A stretch of 64,000 nt of DNA from an uncultured Gemmatimonadales bacterium (GCA_963809895.1 CAWELD010000010.1:640001-704000); one strand, 5' to 3'. Positions 1-10,234 are shown, counted from the first letter of the stretch. The notes: generated by a model not told the origin, from the letters alone. Program-made: numbers and translations.

Positions 1-12
1 CTCGGAGGGAAC

Positions 13-741
13 TTGGAAGAATCCAAGAAGCGGAAGCTGGCGGTCAACTGGCGCCAAGCTGCAGGCGAAGCCTTGTTGATCTGCCTCGGGGTGGGTGTGG
101 CCCTTCTCGGGCAGGCCTGGTGGGAGGCCCGGACCGAGCGGGTCGCGGTCCAGCAGCATTTCGATGGACTCCTCGACGAACTTCGCCGCAACCAAGAGGG
201 GTTGCGGGAATTCGAAGATGTCCAGAACGCCAGTGTCCGCCGAGCCGCGACGGTACTGCGCCTGATCGGTGAGCCTCGCTCCTCCGAGCGCGACGACTCC
301 TTGGTGGCTTTCTCGTGGACGATGGTCTCACACAACTACTTCGTGCCGGCAACGGCGGCGATGTCGAACCTGCTGAGCGCCGGGGGACTCGGTCTCATCC
401 AAGATCCGGCACTGCGCCTGAAGGTGACCGAGTATGCCCAATCTGTTGAGTCGTTCAACAGCTTTACGGCGGACCTCAGGGATTTCCAGCTGCGAGATAT
501 GCGTCCGGCCCTCAGCAAGATCCTTCCTCTGGCGAATCGGCGATGGGTGGAGGATCTGGAGAAACGCGGGATCACGATTCCGGAGTCGTCGTTTCGCGCG
601 GACCCGTCCTCGCTCAGGACCCTGCAATTCGAGAACCTCGTCCTCCTCAGGGTGGGCTACGAGGGAGACGTGGCGGAGTTGGATGTCAGTCTGCGCCATG
701 AAGTGGAGGAGCTCATTGAGCTGTTGGAGTCGTCTCGGTAG
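13..741 (+). CDS. DUF6090-like single-TM protein (paralog 1)
   Basis: N-terminal E-xx-hydrophobic TM-WW..R, then a coiled coil and the NLLSAGGLGLIQDPALR motif; RBS GGAGG upstream of TTG. Confidence 0.7.
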   Translation: MEESKKRKLAVNWRQAAGEALLICLGVGVALLGQAWWEARTERVAVQQHFDGLLDELRRNQEGLREFEDVQNASVRRAATVLRLIGEPRSSERDDSLVAFSWTMVSHNYFVPATAAMSNLLSAGGLGLIQDPALRLKVTEYAQSVESFNSFTADLRDFQLRDMRPALSKILPLANRRWVEDLEKRGITIPESSFRADPSSLRTLQFENLVLLRVGYEGDVAELDVSLRHEVEELIELLESSR

Positions 742-1077
742 GGGTGGCCGAGTTCCCCGAGCGTACCATACGCGGACTTTCTCGCGATGGGAGCGGTCCG
801 CACCTTGGGTGCGCAGCAGAATCGCAAAGCCGGCAAGGCGTACGCCTGACTCGCGATGTTCCCATGTTACAGGTCCAGTTGATCAGAGTACAGATCAAGC
901 GAGGCGAGACGGATCGGCTCGTAGGCGTGGGCTTGTAGGCATGGGGGTTGAGCGGGGCAAGCGTGTATCCTGGTGGGGCCCTCGCGTCTTGCACCGTGAG
1001 CGCCCCGGTAGGCATCATGCGCCTGCCGCAGAGCGCCTGTCGCTCGGCTGAACTCCATCCGCAAGAAAGGCGAGGGC

Positions 1078-1758
1078 ATGCATCGAGGCGAGGGTGTCGG
1101 AGGGCGAAGTGCCCGGATACTCGCTGAACTCCTGATCATCGTCGTGGGCGTACTTCTCGCGCTGGCAGCGGACCGCTGGAATCAGGCCCGGTCCGAGCGG
1201 GCTTTGGAAGCCGCCTATCTGGGACGGTTTGTCCAGGAGATTCGAGCGGACAGCGCGAGCGCGGCTCAGTACCTCGAGGGTCGCCCCTCGATCATCGCTG
1301 GGTTGGACACGCTCATCGCCTTCGTCGATGGGGCTGAGGCCCCACCCAATCTGGTCGCAACGTTGAATCGGGTGTCGGGTGAGTTGAGTCTCCCGGCGCC
1401 GGTGGCATGGACCGAGATCCAGGCCACGAATTCTCTGGACGTGATCATCGACCCCGACATCCGCGCCGCGTTGACCGAGTACTACGCCACCCGGGATCGA
1501 CTCCAATTGATGTGGCGTCGTCAGGACAGCCGGGCGCGAGATCCGCTTTGGGATCAGCTGTATGGTATGGGCCTGTTCGATCCGAGGAGCGAGTTCGGAG
1601 CCCCCCCTCGTACAGGTGTCGAGGCCTTCCGTTCGTGGCCCGACATCCGTCGGTTGCTCGTTGCCTTGGGTGCTGGTCACTACTTTCAGGAGAACAACGC
1701 GGAGCGGACACTGCAGGCGACGCACGTCGCGCTGGAGACTCTGGGGGGCCGGAGTTGA
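1078..1758 (+). CDS. DUF6090-like single-TM protein (paralog 2)
   Basis: ELLIIVVGVLLALAADRW, then AWTEIQATNSLDVIIDPDIR. Confidence 0.75.
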   Translation: MHRGEGVGGRSARILAELLIIVVGVLLALAADRWNQARSERALEAAYLGRFVQEIRADSASAAQYLEGRPSIIAGLDTLIAFVDGAEAPPNLVATLNRVSGELSLPAPVAWTEIQATNSLDVIIDPDIRAALTEYYATRDRLQLMWRRQDSRARDPLWDQLYGMGLFDPRSEFGAPPRTGVEAFRSWPDIRRLLVALGAGHYFQENNAERTLQATHVALETLGGRS

Positions 1759-1816
1759 GCGACCGTGCGGTTCAGCCTATCAAGGTCGTCAGGACGCACA
1801 TGGACCGAGTGAAGAG

Positions 1817-2513
1817 ATGAGCGCCAGGTTGAAACTGCGTCGGACCATTACTGAGTTCGTGGTCCTGGTGGTTGGCGTCATGGTCGCCCTTGCCGGAGAC
1901 AACTGGCGCGAGGCCTGGCAGGACTCACGCCTCGAGACCACCTATCTCGAGCGTCTCAGGCTCGAAGTGGAGAGGGGACTCGATGCGCAGGCGACGCAGA
2001 GGACTCAGAATCGAGTCCGCCCAGTCGGCCATCCTCAGTCTTGTGGGCCGCCTCGACGGTTCGGGCAAGAACGTTCTTGCCGGCGACTCCGTGGTTGACA
2101 GCTTCCTCGTTGCCTCCACTGTCGGATTCGAACCTGATCAGTTCGGTCCAGATGTCACGTACCGAGAACTCATCGCTTCGGGGCAACTGCGCGTAATAGA
2201 GGATCCGCTCACCAGAGAGGCTGTCATCGATTATTACAGCGCTCTCGATCGGGTGAAGGCTCAGGCTTCTCAGGTGGTTCCTCTCCAGACGCAGGTGGCG
2301 CGCCTCACAGGGCACCTGCCATTTGAGTTCAGCAGCGGGGACGCGTCTCTGTCTGAGGCGGATCATCGGCGACTACTCGAACTCCTTCGAGGGAGCGACG
2401 TACTGCCAGATCTCCGGGAGGCCCATTCGGATCTCAACCTGCTCTACCTGTTCATGGGCTTTCTGGACGAGGCCGCGGACTCGCTTCTCGGGCGGCTGAG
2501 AGGAGCGGGCTGA
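1817..2513 (+). pseudogene. DUF6090-like protein (paralog 3), frameshifted near 1985-2000
   Basis: N-part EFVVLVVGVMVALAGDNW in the 1562 frame; C-part TYRELIASGQLRVIEDPLTR in the 1872 frame; could be a sequencing error. Confidence 0.7.
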
Positions 2514-2567
2514 AGGACGAGCTCGTGAGGCGTCGGGAGACACGTACTCGCACTGGGGGGCACGACG

Positions 2568-3272
2568 TTGCGCCGGATGCCTGTTTCAATACCGTGGGTC
2601 AAGGTGCTGAGCGAGGGGGCCGTGATCGTAGCCGGCATCCTGATCGCATTGGCCGTGGATTCGTGGTGGGACGGTCGGGTCGAGCGACGCGACGAGCAGG
2701 ACGCGCTCGGGGAGCTTCAGGCGGAGTTCCAGGACAATGCGGCCCAGTTGGACTCGGTGCTGTGGCATCATGCCACCGGGCAACGCGCGACCGAGGTCCT
2801 CCTGTCGTTCTCTCGAGGACAGGTCGAGTTGTCCGCTGACTCCGTCCGCCAGTTGATCTGGGAACTCGATAATCCCTGGACCTACAACCCGAAGTCCGGA
2901 GCCCTGGACGCGTTGATCGCCTCAGGCCGGTTGGGGATCATCCGGGATCGGGCGTTGAGAACTCAGCTCGCGGGCTGGGAGGGTCTGTTGGAGGACTACC
3001 GGGAGGAAGAGGTGCACTCGCGGCAGTACGCGATGGGGCCGCAGTACGAGTACTTCTCGTCGGTCCTCAATTGGGGTACCGTGTATCGCGTCGGCTCCGA
3101 GCACGCGCCCGCGAGCCTGCTGAGTCTGGCCGGCGATTCCGGCCTCGAGAGCGTGGCTGCGTACCGGGCCAGCTTCCTGGATGGTGTCCTCACGGAGGCG
3201 CAATACGTGGCCGAGGCACTGGCGACGATCCAGGGACTGCTGTCGGCCAACCTGGTTGGAGGGGGGAGATGA
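2568..3272 (+). CDS. DUF6090-like protein (paralog 4)
   Basis: EGAVIVAGILIALAVDSWW and GALDALIASGRLGIIRDRALR. Confidence 0.75.
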   Translation: MRRMPVSIPWVKVLSEGAVIVAGILIALAVDSWWDGRVERRDEQDALGELQAEFQDNAAQLDSVLWHHATGQRATEVLLSFSRGQVELSADSVRQLIWELDNPWTYNPKSGALDALIASGRLGIIRDRALRTQLAGWEGLLEDYREEEVHSRQYAMGPQYEYFSSVLNWGTVYRVGSEHAPASLLSLAGDSGLESVAAYRASFLDGVLTEAQYVAEALATIQGLLSANLVGGGR

Positions 3273-3614
3273 ATTGGGAAGCCGCCGGGGCGCTTGGCGA
3301 GATTGTCGGCGCCTTCGCGGTCGTCATTTCGCTGGTCTATCTGGCGATCCAGGTGCGTCAAAACACTACGGCGATCGCCGCTCAGGCAGCGCACGACGCG
3401 CTCGCCGCCGTTCGCGAGTGAACGTGTGTTCATGACCTGGGGCAAGAGTCCGGGCTTTGCCGCCTATTGGTCCCTCCGAAAGGGGCTGTTTACGCCTGCC
3501 TTCCAATCCCTCTGCGATGCCTGGCCCGAGAGCCCCGAGGTCTTCACCGGGGGGGTCATGGCCGCGCTGTCGGAGGGGCCGATCGGGGCGAAGGATTACG
3601 ACGAGCTGCCATGA
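3269..3614 (+). pseudogene. QVRQNT-family membrane protein, internally deleted and frameshifted
   Basis: MNWEAAGALGEIVGAFAVVISLVYLAIQVRQNT stops at 3421; the family C-terminus (PGFAAYWSLRKGLFTPAFQ) follows immediately in another frame; middle missing relative to 10110-10628. Confidence 0.65.
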
Positions 3615-4123
3615 CATCCACGATTCTGAGGGACCTGTACCTGCACATGGAGTGGGCCGACGCGCTCGTGTGGCGAGAGACGCGGGCGGCACAGCGAGGT
3701 TCGCGTGACGAGGTGCTCTTCCAGACGCTCCTGCATCTTCACACGGCGCAGCGCGCGTTCCTGATGGCCTGGCGCCATGAATCGCTGGACGGGTTGGAGA
3801 CTGAACAGTTCACGACCTATGAGGCGCTCCAATCGTGGGTCGAAGCCTACTACCCGCTTGTGACCAGCTACCTCAGCGAGATCGCCGACGACGCTCTGAA
3901 TTCGCTGGTAGAACTGCCGTGGGCGCCCCAGGTGGAGGGACGCCTCGGCCGGTCTCCGGGACCGACGACGCTTGGTGAGACGCTGTATCAGGTTGCGGCG
4001 CACAGCACCTACCATCGGGGCCAGGTCAATCGCCGCTTGAGGGAGATCGGCGGGGAGCCGCCGTTGGTGGACTACATCGCTTGGGTCTGGCTGGGAAGGC
4101 CGTCCGCCGAATGGCACGAGTAG
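3611..4123 (+). CDS. DinB family protein
   Basis: HMEWAD, TLLHL and HSTYHRGQV metal-binding His motifs; ATGA overlap with the upstream stop. Confidence 0.85.
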   Translation: MTSTILRDLYLHMEWADALVWRETRAAQRGSRDEVLFQTLLHLHTAQRAFLMAWRHESLDGLETEQFTTYEALQSWVEAYYPLVTSYLSEIADDALNSLVELPWAPQVEGRLGRSPGPTTLGETLYQVAAHSTYHRGQVNRRLREIGGEPPLVDYIAWVWLGRPSAEWHE

Positions 4124-4275
4124 ATCCTCGACTCACGAGCGACTGCTGCCGAGTGCGACACGGTCGAAGGGCTCGCGCGCGCGTCGACGGAGTCGCATCA
4201 TGAAGCGCACTGCAGAATCACTGGTCCGTCAGGCCGCTCCACAGACGGCGATCCCACTCAACCCCCAGGTACACC

Positions 4276-4752
4276 GTGCGCCTCCCTCCCATGGCGGTCC
4301 TCATCGTCTCACTCGGCGCCTGCTCGCAAGCCCCGCCCACCTCGTCGAGCAACGCCGCGAGTGACTCCGCGGCACACCGCGCCCACCAGGATTATGTGGA
4401 CGCCATCAATTCGAACAACCTCGATTCCTTGATGGCGATGTTGACGGAGGATGTGGTCTTCCTTTCGGCGAACGAACCGGTCATGGTGGGCAAGGCGGCC
4501 GTCCGTCCCTGGGTCGCCGGGTACTACGACGCATACCACACCCACTGGGACAAGCCGGTCCAGGAGTTCGTCGTCAACGGCGACTGGGCGTTTGAGCGCT
4601 ACTCCTATGTCGCCACCGACTCGTCGCGCACGGACGCTTCCGTCGCGCAGAGCACCGGGTGGGGGCTGCTCATCTATCGCCGCGACGCCGACGGCAAGTG
4701 GCGCGTCGCTCGCGACGCGTTTGGCCCTGATCGTCCGGCTGCAGGCGGCTGA
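4276..4752 (+). CDS. NTF2/SnoaL-like (DUF4440/YybH) lipoprotein
   Basis: Lipobox LGAC; TEDVVFL, VNGDWAFER, RRDADGKWRV. Confidence 0.8.
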   Translation: MRLPPMAVLIVSLGACSQAPPTSSSNAASDSAAHRAHQDYVDAINSNNLDSLMAMLTEDVVFLSANEPVMVGKAAVRPWVAGYYDAYHTHWDKPVQEFVVNGDWAFERYSYVATDSSRTDASVAQSTGWGLLIYRRDADGKWRVARDAFGPDRPAAGG

Positions 4753-4782
4753 TCGTCCCAACAGGAATGGAGGAGGACCTCA

Positions 4783-5514
4783 GTGCGCGAGTTCCTGCGC
4801 GGACGCGGCGCCGATCTGCTACTCGAGGGCATCGTGGTGATCGTGAGCATCCTGGTGGCGTTCGGGCTGGATGCCTGGTGGGGGAACCGCTCGGCCCGTA
4901 TCGATCTTCTGGATGACCTCGCCAGCGTCACGAGCGAGGTCGAGGCGAACATCGAGGCCCTTCAGGTAGAGGCGCTGTTCCACTCCATGGCCGCCGCGAG
5001 CATCGATGACCTGGTGTCGAGGATCGACCTTGCTGGCGGAGCCCCGTGGCTGACCCTTCCCGATACCATTGCGAGCTTCGCCTTCGTCTTCCCCCCCGTC
5101 TTCGATGCCTCGACGGGCGCCTTGGACGCGTTGGTGGCGGACGGTAGCCTCTCCCGACTGGAAGACCGCCGCCTGAGGCAGCTTCTGGGAGACCTGAGAG
5201 CCCAGTTCGAGGACGTCCGCGACAGTGAGATGGGGGCACGTCGGGTCGCCGCCGAGGAGATCATGCCACTCTTCTGGGAGAGCCCGGACCTCGCCGCATC
5301 GCTTGGACGTAGCGGCGAGTTTCGACGCCGGGGCCTCGAGCAGACCCCGCTCCCGAGTCATGCGATCCGACTCGAGAATCCTCCTGGTCTGAAGAATCGC
5401 CTCCTCCTGAGGCGGGCGTGGGTCACCGCGTCGTCAGAAGGCGTCGCCGAACTCCTGGCTACCCTCGACGAGGCGCGGGCTTTGCTCGAACGGGAGTTGG
5501 CCGACGGATTGTGA
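4783..5514 (+). CDS. DUF6090-like protein (paralog 5)
   Basis: EGIVVIVSILVAFGLDAWW and GALDALVADGSLSRLEDRRLR; RBS GGAGGAGG. Confidence 0.75.
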   Translation: MREFLRGRGADLLLEGIVVIVSILVAFGLDAWWGNRSARIDLLDDLASVTSEVEANIEALQVEALFHSMAAASIDDLVSRIDLAGGAPWLTLPDTIASFAFVFPPVFDASTGALDALVADGSLSRLEDRRLRQLLGDLRAQFEDVRDSEMGARRVAAEEIMPLFWESPDLAASLGRSGEFRRRGLEQTPLPSHAIRLENPPGLKNRLLLRRAWVTASSEGVAELLATLDEARALLERELADGL

Positions 5515-5610
5515 CGCAGGGGGTCCTGGTAGCCTCACTCTTCTCGCGCCCGAGGCCCGAGGACCCCATGATGAGCACGCGCATCTCCAGCCATGGGAGC
5601 TCGCCGCTAG

Positions 5611-6090
5611 ATGAACGATCCATCCTCGATGGCATCCCGCGCGGGGCGGCTACTGGCTGCCCTCGGCGTGATCGCATCGATCGTGTTCGTCGGACTCGAA
5701 CTCCGGCAGAACACCGAGGCCATGCGTGCGCAGACGCGCCAGGGCCTGGCAGACCGCAACGCTGAAGTCATCTACTCCGTAGCCGAGAACCCCCAGTTGG
5801 CCCGGGCCTGGACCCTGATGTGGCAACGCGATTCGGTCGCTGCCCGGTCCTTGACGATGGTCGACTCTGTCCAGGCGCGTTGGGCGATGTGGGGCATGCT
5901 ACGGTTTGTCGAGCACGCGTACCTGCAGGTGGAAGAAGGCGTGCTTCCGGAGTCCGCCTTGAACGGATACGGCTTCCACGCCAACAATAACTTCATGACC
6001 CCGCAGTTCGCGTCGTTCTGGCGCGGCATCCGCGAACGATTCGATGCCCGATTCGTCGCCGCGCTCGAGGCGGAGTACGACCTCAATTGA
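5611..6090 (+). CDS. QxRQNT-family membrane protein
   Basis: GVIASIVFVGLELRQNT, EHAYLQVEEGVL, FW..IRERFDARF. Confidence 0.7.
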   Translation: MNDPSSMASRAGRLLAALGVIASIVFVGLELRQNTEAMRAQTRQGLADRNAEVIYSVAENPQLARAWTLMWQRDSVAARSLTMVDSVQARWAMWGMLRFVEHAYLQVEEGVLPESALNGYGFHANNNFMTPQFASFWRGIRERFDARFVAALEAEYDLN

Positions 6091-6138
6091 TATTCAGGCA
6101 CTTCGTGGGCCGGGGCTGAGGAGGGACGGCTGATTCGC

Positions 6139-6883
6139 TTGGGTCTGACTGAAGGCTGTGGCATCGCCCCGAGCCGCGTGCCCGGCGAATGGCTCGAGGA
6201 ATCCGTGGCTCCGTTCACCGCGGGAGGCGTTCGCCTCTTCAACCTGATCCCTCGGGGATTCGAGCGGTACGCACGCATCCTGCATCCAGCCCTGGACGCC
6301 GAGGGATCCGTGGTGCGGTGGAGCGACGTGGCGGCGCTCACCGGTCGGTCGATGCATCCGGATGCCCAGTGGGAGGCCTTGCGCACCGGGCCACGCGGGA
6401 GCGCACCGGACAGCGTCGTCAGTCCGTGGCGGAGCCGCACCGAGGGGACGGTGCTCCGCGCGCTCAAAGAGATCCTCGCGAAGCCCGACCCGGGCACGTG
6501 CTGGATGGCGGCCTGGGCCGGACGCGCAGGTCTCGAGGAGAGCTTCGCGGCTCCGCGAATCTCCACCGGTCAACGTGACTACCTCCGTCTTCTTCGCCTC
6601 CCAGTCACGCGTGAACGACGGCATGTTTCCAACGATCCCGGAGCCCTTGCCCGGGATGTGGTGGCCTGAGGATCGCTCCTGGTGCGTGGCGAAAGACGTC
6701 GATCTGTGCTGGACGTACGTGGGTGGCTCGACCGAGACGATCGAACGGATCCTGGAGAGCCCCGACCTGGAGGCGGTCGAAGTCGGGCCCGAGCACCGTG
6801 CCGACTACCTGAGCGACCAGGTCAACGGTCCCGTCCGACCCACACGTCACCCATCCCAACAACCGAGGAGGGACCCTGTCTGA
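6139..6883 (+). pseudogene. Conserved hypothetical protein, frameshifted near 6570-6590
   Basis: IPRGFERYARILHP in one frame; PGMWWPEDRSWCVAKDVDLCWTYVGGS continues in the 6362 frame. Confidence 0.6.
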
Positions 6884-6896
6884 CCTGAGGGCAAAG

Positions 6897-7586
6897 ATGC
6901 CTCGAACGATCACCCGCATTCTCGTGGAGTTCGCGATCATCTTCGCGGGGGTAACGCTGGGCCTCCTTGCGGACGACTGGCGGCAGGATCGCATGGACCG
7001 GGCCACCGAACGCCTGGCGCTCGAAGACCTCTCCGAGGACCTGCTGCGCGACTCGGTCCAACTGGAGCAAGTGAGACTCGTGGCGCAGGGTTGGGACCAG
7101 GCCGCGCTCTGGGCTCGCCGGGCCGATCCACGCAGCGTCACGGCGGAGCAGGCCGCGGATCATATGGCTGCTGCGTCCAGCATGACGATCTATCAGCCGG
7201 TCACGTCGTCCTACTCCAGCCTGAAGGACAGCGGTCAACTCGATCTCATCCGCGACGCGGAGTTACGCCGCCAGATCGTCGGGTATTTCGAGCAGAGGCA
7301 GCCCAGTATGGTGGGGATGTACGAGATCGCCCAGGAGCAGTTCCTCGAGTTCCAGGCGGCTCTGTGGCCCTATTTCGTGCAGTCCGTCGCGGATTCGGCG
7401 ACGTCGCTATTCCCGGGGAACGGTCTCGAGCCCCGGGATTCGTGGATCGGATTCTGGGACGACGAGCATGCTCGCCAGAGCCTCGACCAGATCGGGCAGA
7501 GCGCATCGATCTGGATCTACCTCATCCCCGGCGTGCTCCAATCGAATTCCGAGCTCCGGCGCGAAGTGGCTGCGAAACTGAGATGA
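6897..7586 (+). CDS. DUF6090-like protein (paralog 6)
   Basis: EFAIIFAGVTLGLLADDW and SYSSLKDSGQLDLIRDAELR. Confidence 0.75.
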   Translation: MPRTITRILVEFAIIFAGVTLGLLADDWRQDRMDRATERLALEDLSEDLLRDSVQLEQVRLVAQGWDQAALWARRADPRSVTAEQAADHMAAASSMTIYQPVTSSYSSLKDSGQLDLIRDAELRRQIVGYFEQRQPSMVGMYEIAQEQFLEFQAALWPYFVQSVADSATSLFPGNGLEPRDSWIGFWDDEHARQSLDQIGQSASIWIYLIPGVLQSNSELRREVAAKLR

Positions 7587-8590
7587 AGGCCAAGCGCCTG
7601 AGCGTGGGAGACACCATCGGCGTTGCCAGCCCCTCGTGGGGTGGGCCGGCGGTCTTCCCCCACCGACTCGACAACGCCATCGCCTACCTCGAGTCTCGCG
7701 GCTTCCGGGTCCGGGTCGCCCCTCACGCGAGCGGCCAGGACGGGTTCGTCTCCGGGACCGCCGAAGAACGGGCGGCCGACCTTCACGACCTGTTCGGAGA
7801 CCCCGGGGTCAGGGCCATCATTGCGTCGATTGGGGGCGACCACTCCTGTCACCTGCTCCCCCACCTCGACTTCGACCTGATCGCCGAGAACCCGAAGGTC
7901 TTCATGGGATACTCCGATATCACGGTCCTGAACGTTGCGATATGGAAGCGCACCGGTCTCGTGACGTTCAACGGTCCTGCGATGATGACGGACTTCGCCG
8001 AGTACCCGACGCCGTTCGACTACACGATCCGGTACTTCGATCGTGCCGTCTGCTCGAGCACCCCCATCGGGCGCATCGAGCCAGCCACGCACTGGACGGA
8101 GGAGATCCTCGACTGGCGGACCCAGGCCGACCTCACCCGCGCGCGCCGGATGGTGGACACGCGGGGGTGGACCTGGTTGCGGGACGGTGCGGCGGAGGGG
8201 GAGTTGGTCGGTGGTTGCATCGAGTCACTCCAGCACCTCCGCGGCACGGACTTCTGGCCCGATTTCGAGGGTCGCATCCTCTTCCTCGAGACCTCGGAAG
8301 AGAAGCCCAGTCCCGCTCGGGTCGACGGCATTCTCATGGACTACGAGAACATGGGGGTGCTCGGCCAGATCTCGGGCCTCCTCGTGGGCCGGCCGATGCA
8401 CTACTCCGATGCGGAGAAGGCCGAGCTTCGAGAGGTCGTCCGACGCAGGATGGCCAACTACTCGTTCCCGATCGTGACCGACATGGACTTCGGCCACACG
8501 GCTCCGCAGTTCACGTTGCCCCTCGGGTGTGCAGCGCGCCTGGACTCCGGGTTGCGGACCTTCGAGGTTGTCGAGGCCGCCGTGGATTGA
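7583..8590 (+). CDS. S66 peptidase (MccF-like / LD-carboxypeptidase family)
   Basis: GDTIGVASPS, SIGG, GYSD (Ser), LFLETSEE (Glu), DFGHT (His); ATGA overlap with the upstream stop. Confidence 0.9.
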   Translation: MKAKRLSVGDTIGVASPSWGGPAVFPHRLDNAIAYLESRGFRVRVAPHASGQDGFVSGTAEERAADLHDLFGDPGVRAIIASIGGDHSCHLLPHLDFDLIAENPKVFMGYSDITVLNVAIWKRTGLVTFNGPAMMTDFAEYPTPFDYTIRYFDRAVCSSTPIGRIEPATHWTEEILDWRTQADLTRARRMVDTRGWTWLRDGAAEGELVGGCIESLQHLRGTDFWPDFEGRILFLETSEEKPSPARVDGILMDYENMGVLGQISGLLVGRPMHYSDAEKAELREVVRRRMANYSFPIVTDMDFGHTAPQFTLPLGCAARLDSGLRTFEVVEAAVD

Positions 8591-8645
8591 CGGCCCCCTG
8601 GGGCGCTTCCCAACAAGACCTGAAACCGATTGCCGGAGGTTTGTC

Positions 8646-9050
8646 ATGTCCGAGGGATTCCCCGTCGAGGGCGTGGAGGCGACGCTCCTGCTGGTGGTAT
8701 CTGATATTGCCGCAGCGCGCGATTTCTATACGAGGGTCCTGGGCGCGTCCCTCTTCCGAGAGTACGGCGGGGATTCTGCGGTGCTCGAGTTTCAGGGGAT
8801 GTGGTTGCTCCTCGTGACGCCGGGCGGTCCGACGCCCGGAAAACCGAGCGTCACGTTTGCACCGCCCGCGGATCCCGATCGCGTCGACCACCAGCTCACG
8901 CTGCGCGTGCCCGATTGCCAGGCCGCCTACGACACGCTGAGGGAGCGTGGGGCGGTTTTCCTGTCACCGCCGGTCGACCGAGGCGGAGAGATCCGAGCCT
9001 TCTTTCGCGATCCGGACGGCCACCTGCTGGAGATCAGCGAGGTCGGCTGA
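8646..9050 (+). CDS. VOC/glyoxalase family protein
   Basis: LVVSDIAAARDFYTRVLG and FFRDPDGHLLEI; RBS GGAGG. Confidence 0.9.
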   Translation: MSEGFPVEGVEATLLLVVSDIAAARDFYTRVLGASLFREYGGDSAVLEFQGMWLLLVTPGGPTPGKPSVTFAPPADPDRVDHQLTLRVPDCQAAYDTLRERGAVFLSPPVDRGGEIRAFFRDPDGHLLEISEVG

Positions 9051-9134
9051 GACGGCGGTCGCATGCTCGTATCCCTCGTACTCTCATCGCTGCTCGCGGC
9101 GGCCGACACCACTGCCATCCGATCGCCGTGCCGC

Positions 9135-9352
9135 TCACACGAAAAGTGCGGACTCCAACATCGAGGTGACGTGCTCCTCGAAGCGCGTCCGACTCCACCG
9201 CCGTTCGGTCACCAGTAGGCGGAAGACGTCGGGCCCGCTCAGCGCCCAGAAGAGGTCGGCGGCTTCCGTGGCAGAGAGCTCGGGCTTCAACGCCCCCGCA
9301 TCCGACCACTGGTGGACCAGGATGGAGGCTGACCGATGGCGCCGCCCTTCCC
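9135..9352 (-). pseudogene. C-terminal remnant of a TetR-family regulator (not in ORF track)
   Basis: Minus-strand translation HQWSDAGALKPELSATEAADLFWALSGPDVFRLLVTERRWSRTRFEEHVTSMLESALFV*; no HTH domain or start codon. Confidence 0.65.
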
Positions 9353-10234
9353 ATGAACGAATATTCGCTGGCGCTCTTCGCCCACCTCTCCTTCATGCTC
9401 CTGGCCGTTGTCGCGGCCACGCTCACCACCTTCGCATCGATGCGTCTACGCCGCGCCGACGACGTGCGAACCGCCCTGGAGTGGTCGGGCCTCATCCAGC
9501 GGGCGGTCCGAGCATTCCCCATCGCCGTGGTGGGATTGCTGGCCACGGGCGTCTACATGACCCATGCCCACTGGGTATGGTTACCGTGGATCGACGCGGC
9601 GCTGGTCGGGCTCATCCTCATCGTGTTCCTGGGCAACGCGGTGGAAGCCCCTCGAGGCCGAGCCCTGGCCCGGGAACTGACCGCCGCAGGCCTCACGCGC
9701 CGCGCCCGGCGTCTCATGCGTGACCCCGTAGCCTGGGCCGCCAAAATAACGACGCACACCCTGGTGCTGGCGGTCGTCTGGGTGATGACCGCCAAGCCGG
9801 GAGCGGAAGGGTCGGTGGTGGCGTTGGCCGTGGCGCTGCTTGGAGGCGTCGCACTGTCTTTCCCCACGTGGCGCCGACGCGAGTCGTCGAACAGGGCCCC
9901 GGTGCTGCGGCACGGTAGATTTCGGGGAGACGCAGGATCGGCCAGGTCGGCTGAGGCTTCGTGGGACCGTTCGGTAGGGTGCTCCGCCGGCCTCGCGTAC
10001 GGCATCGGGATGACGGGCTCGCGCATGTGGCGCTCGCCGTGCATGTTCCTCGCGGAACCGGGCCCAAGAGACATTGGGACGCCGATCGGAGACTGGAGGG
10101 ACCTGCACCGTGACTCTCGAGGCGATCACCCTCGTCGCCCAGATCGCCGGCATCCTCGGAGTGATCGTCTCCTTGGCGTACCTGGCGGTCCAGGTCCGCC
10201 AGAACACCCTGAGCGTGCGCTCTGCGACCTATGA
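9353..10234 (+). CDS. DUF2269-like multi-TM membrane protein; true end probably near 9890
   Basis: Five hydrophobic helices with ALFAH and VMTAKP motifs; the tail after ~9890 looks like read-through and overlaps the next gene. Confidence 0.6.
   Translation: MNEYSLALFAHLSFMLLAVVAATLTTFASMRLRRADDVRTALEWSGLIQRAVRAFPIAVVGLLATGVYMTHAHWVWLPWIDAALVGLILIVFLGNAVEAPRGRALARELTAAGLTRRARRLMRDPVAWAAKITTHTLVLAVVWVMTAKPGAEGSVVALAVALLGGVALSFPTWRRRESSNRAPVLRHGRFRGDAGSARSAEASWDRSVGCSAGLAYGIGMTGSRMWRSPCMFLAEPGPRDIGTPIGDWRDLHRDSRGDHPRRPDRRHPRSDRLLGVPGGPGPPEHPERALCDL

Noticed and set aside
744..1077. Short ORF 744-938 and adjoining spacer
   Set aside because: No recognisable motif; may be a remnant but I cannot support a call.
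4756..8614. CCCAACA upstream of RBSs near 4757, 6855 and 8608 as a possible attC R'' site
   Set aside because: No downstream GTTRRRY or L boxes; consistent with ordinary A/C-rich leader sequence.
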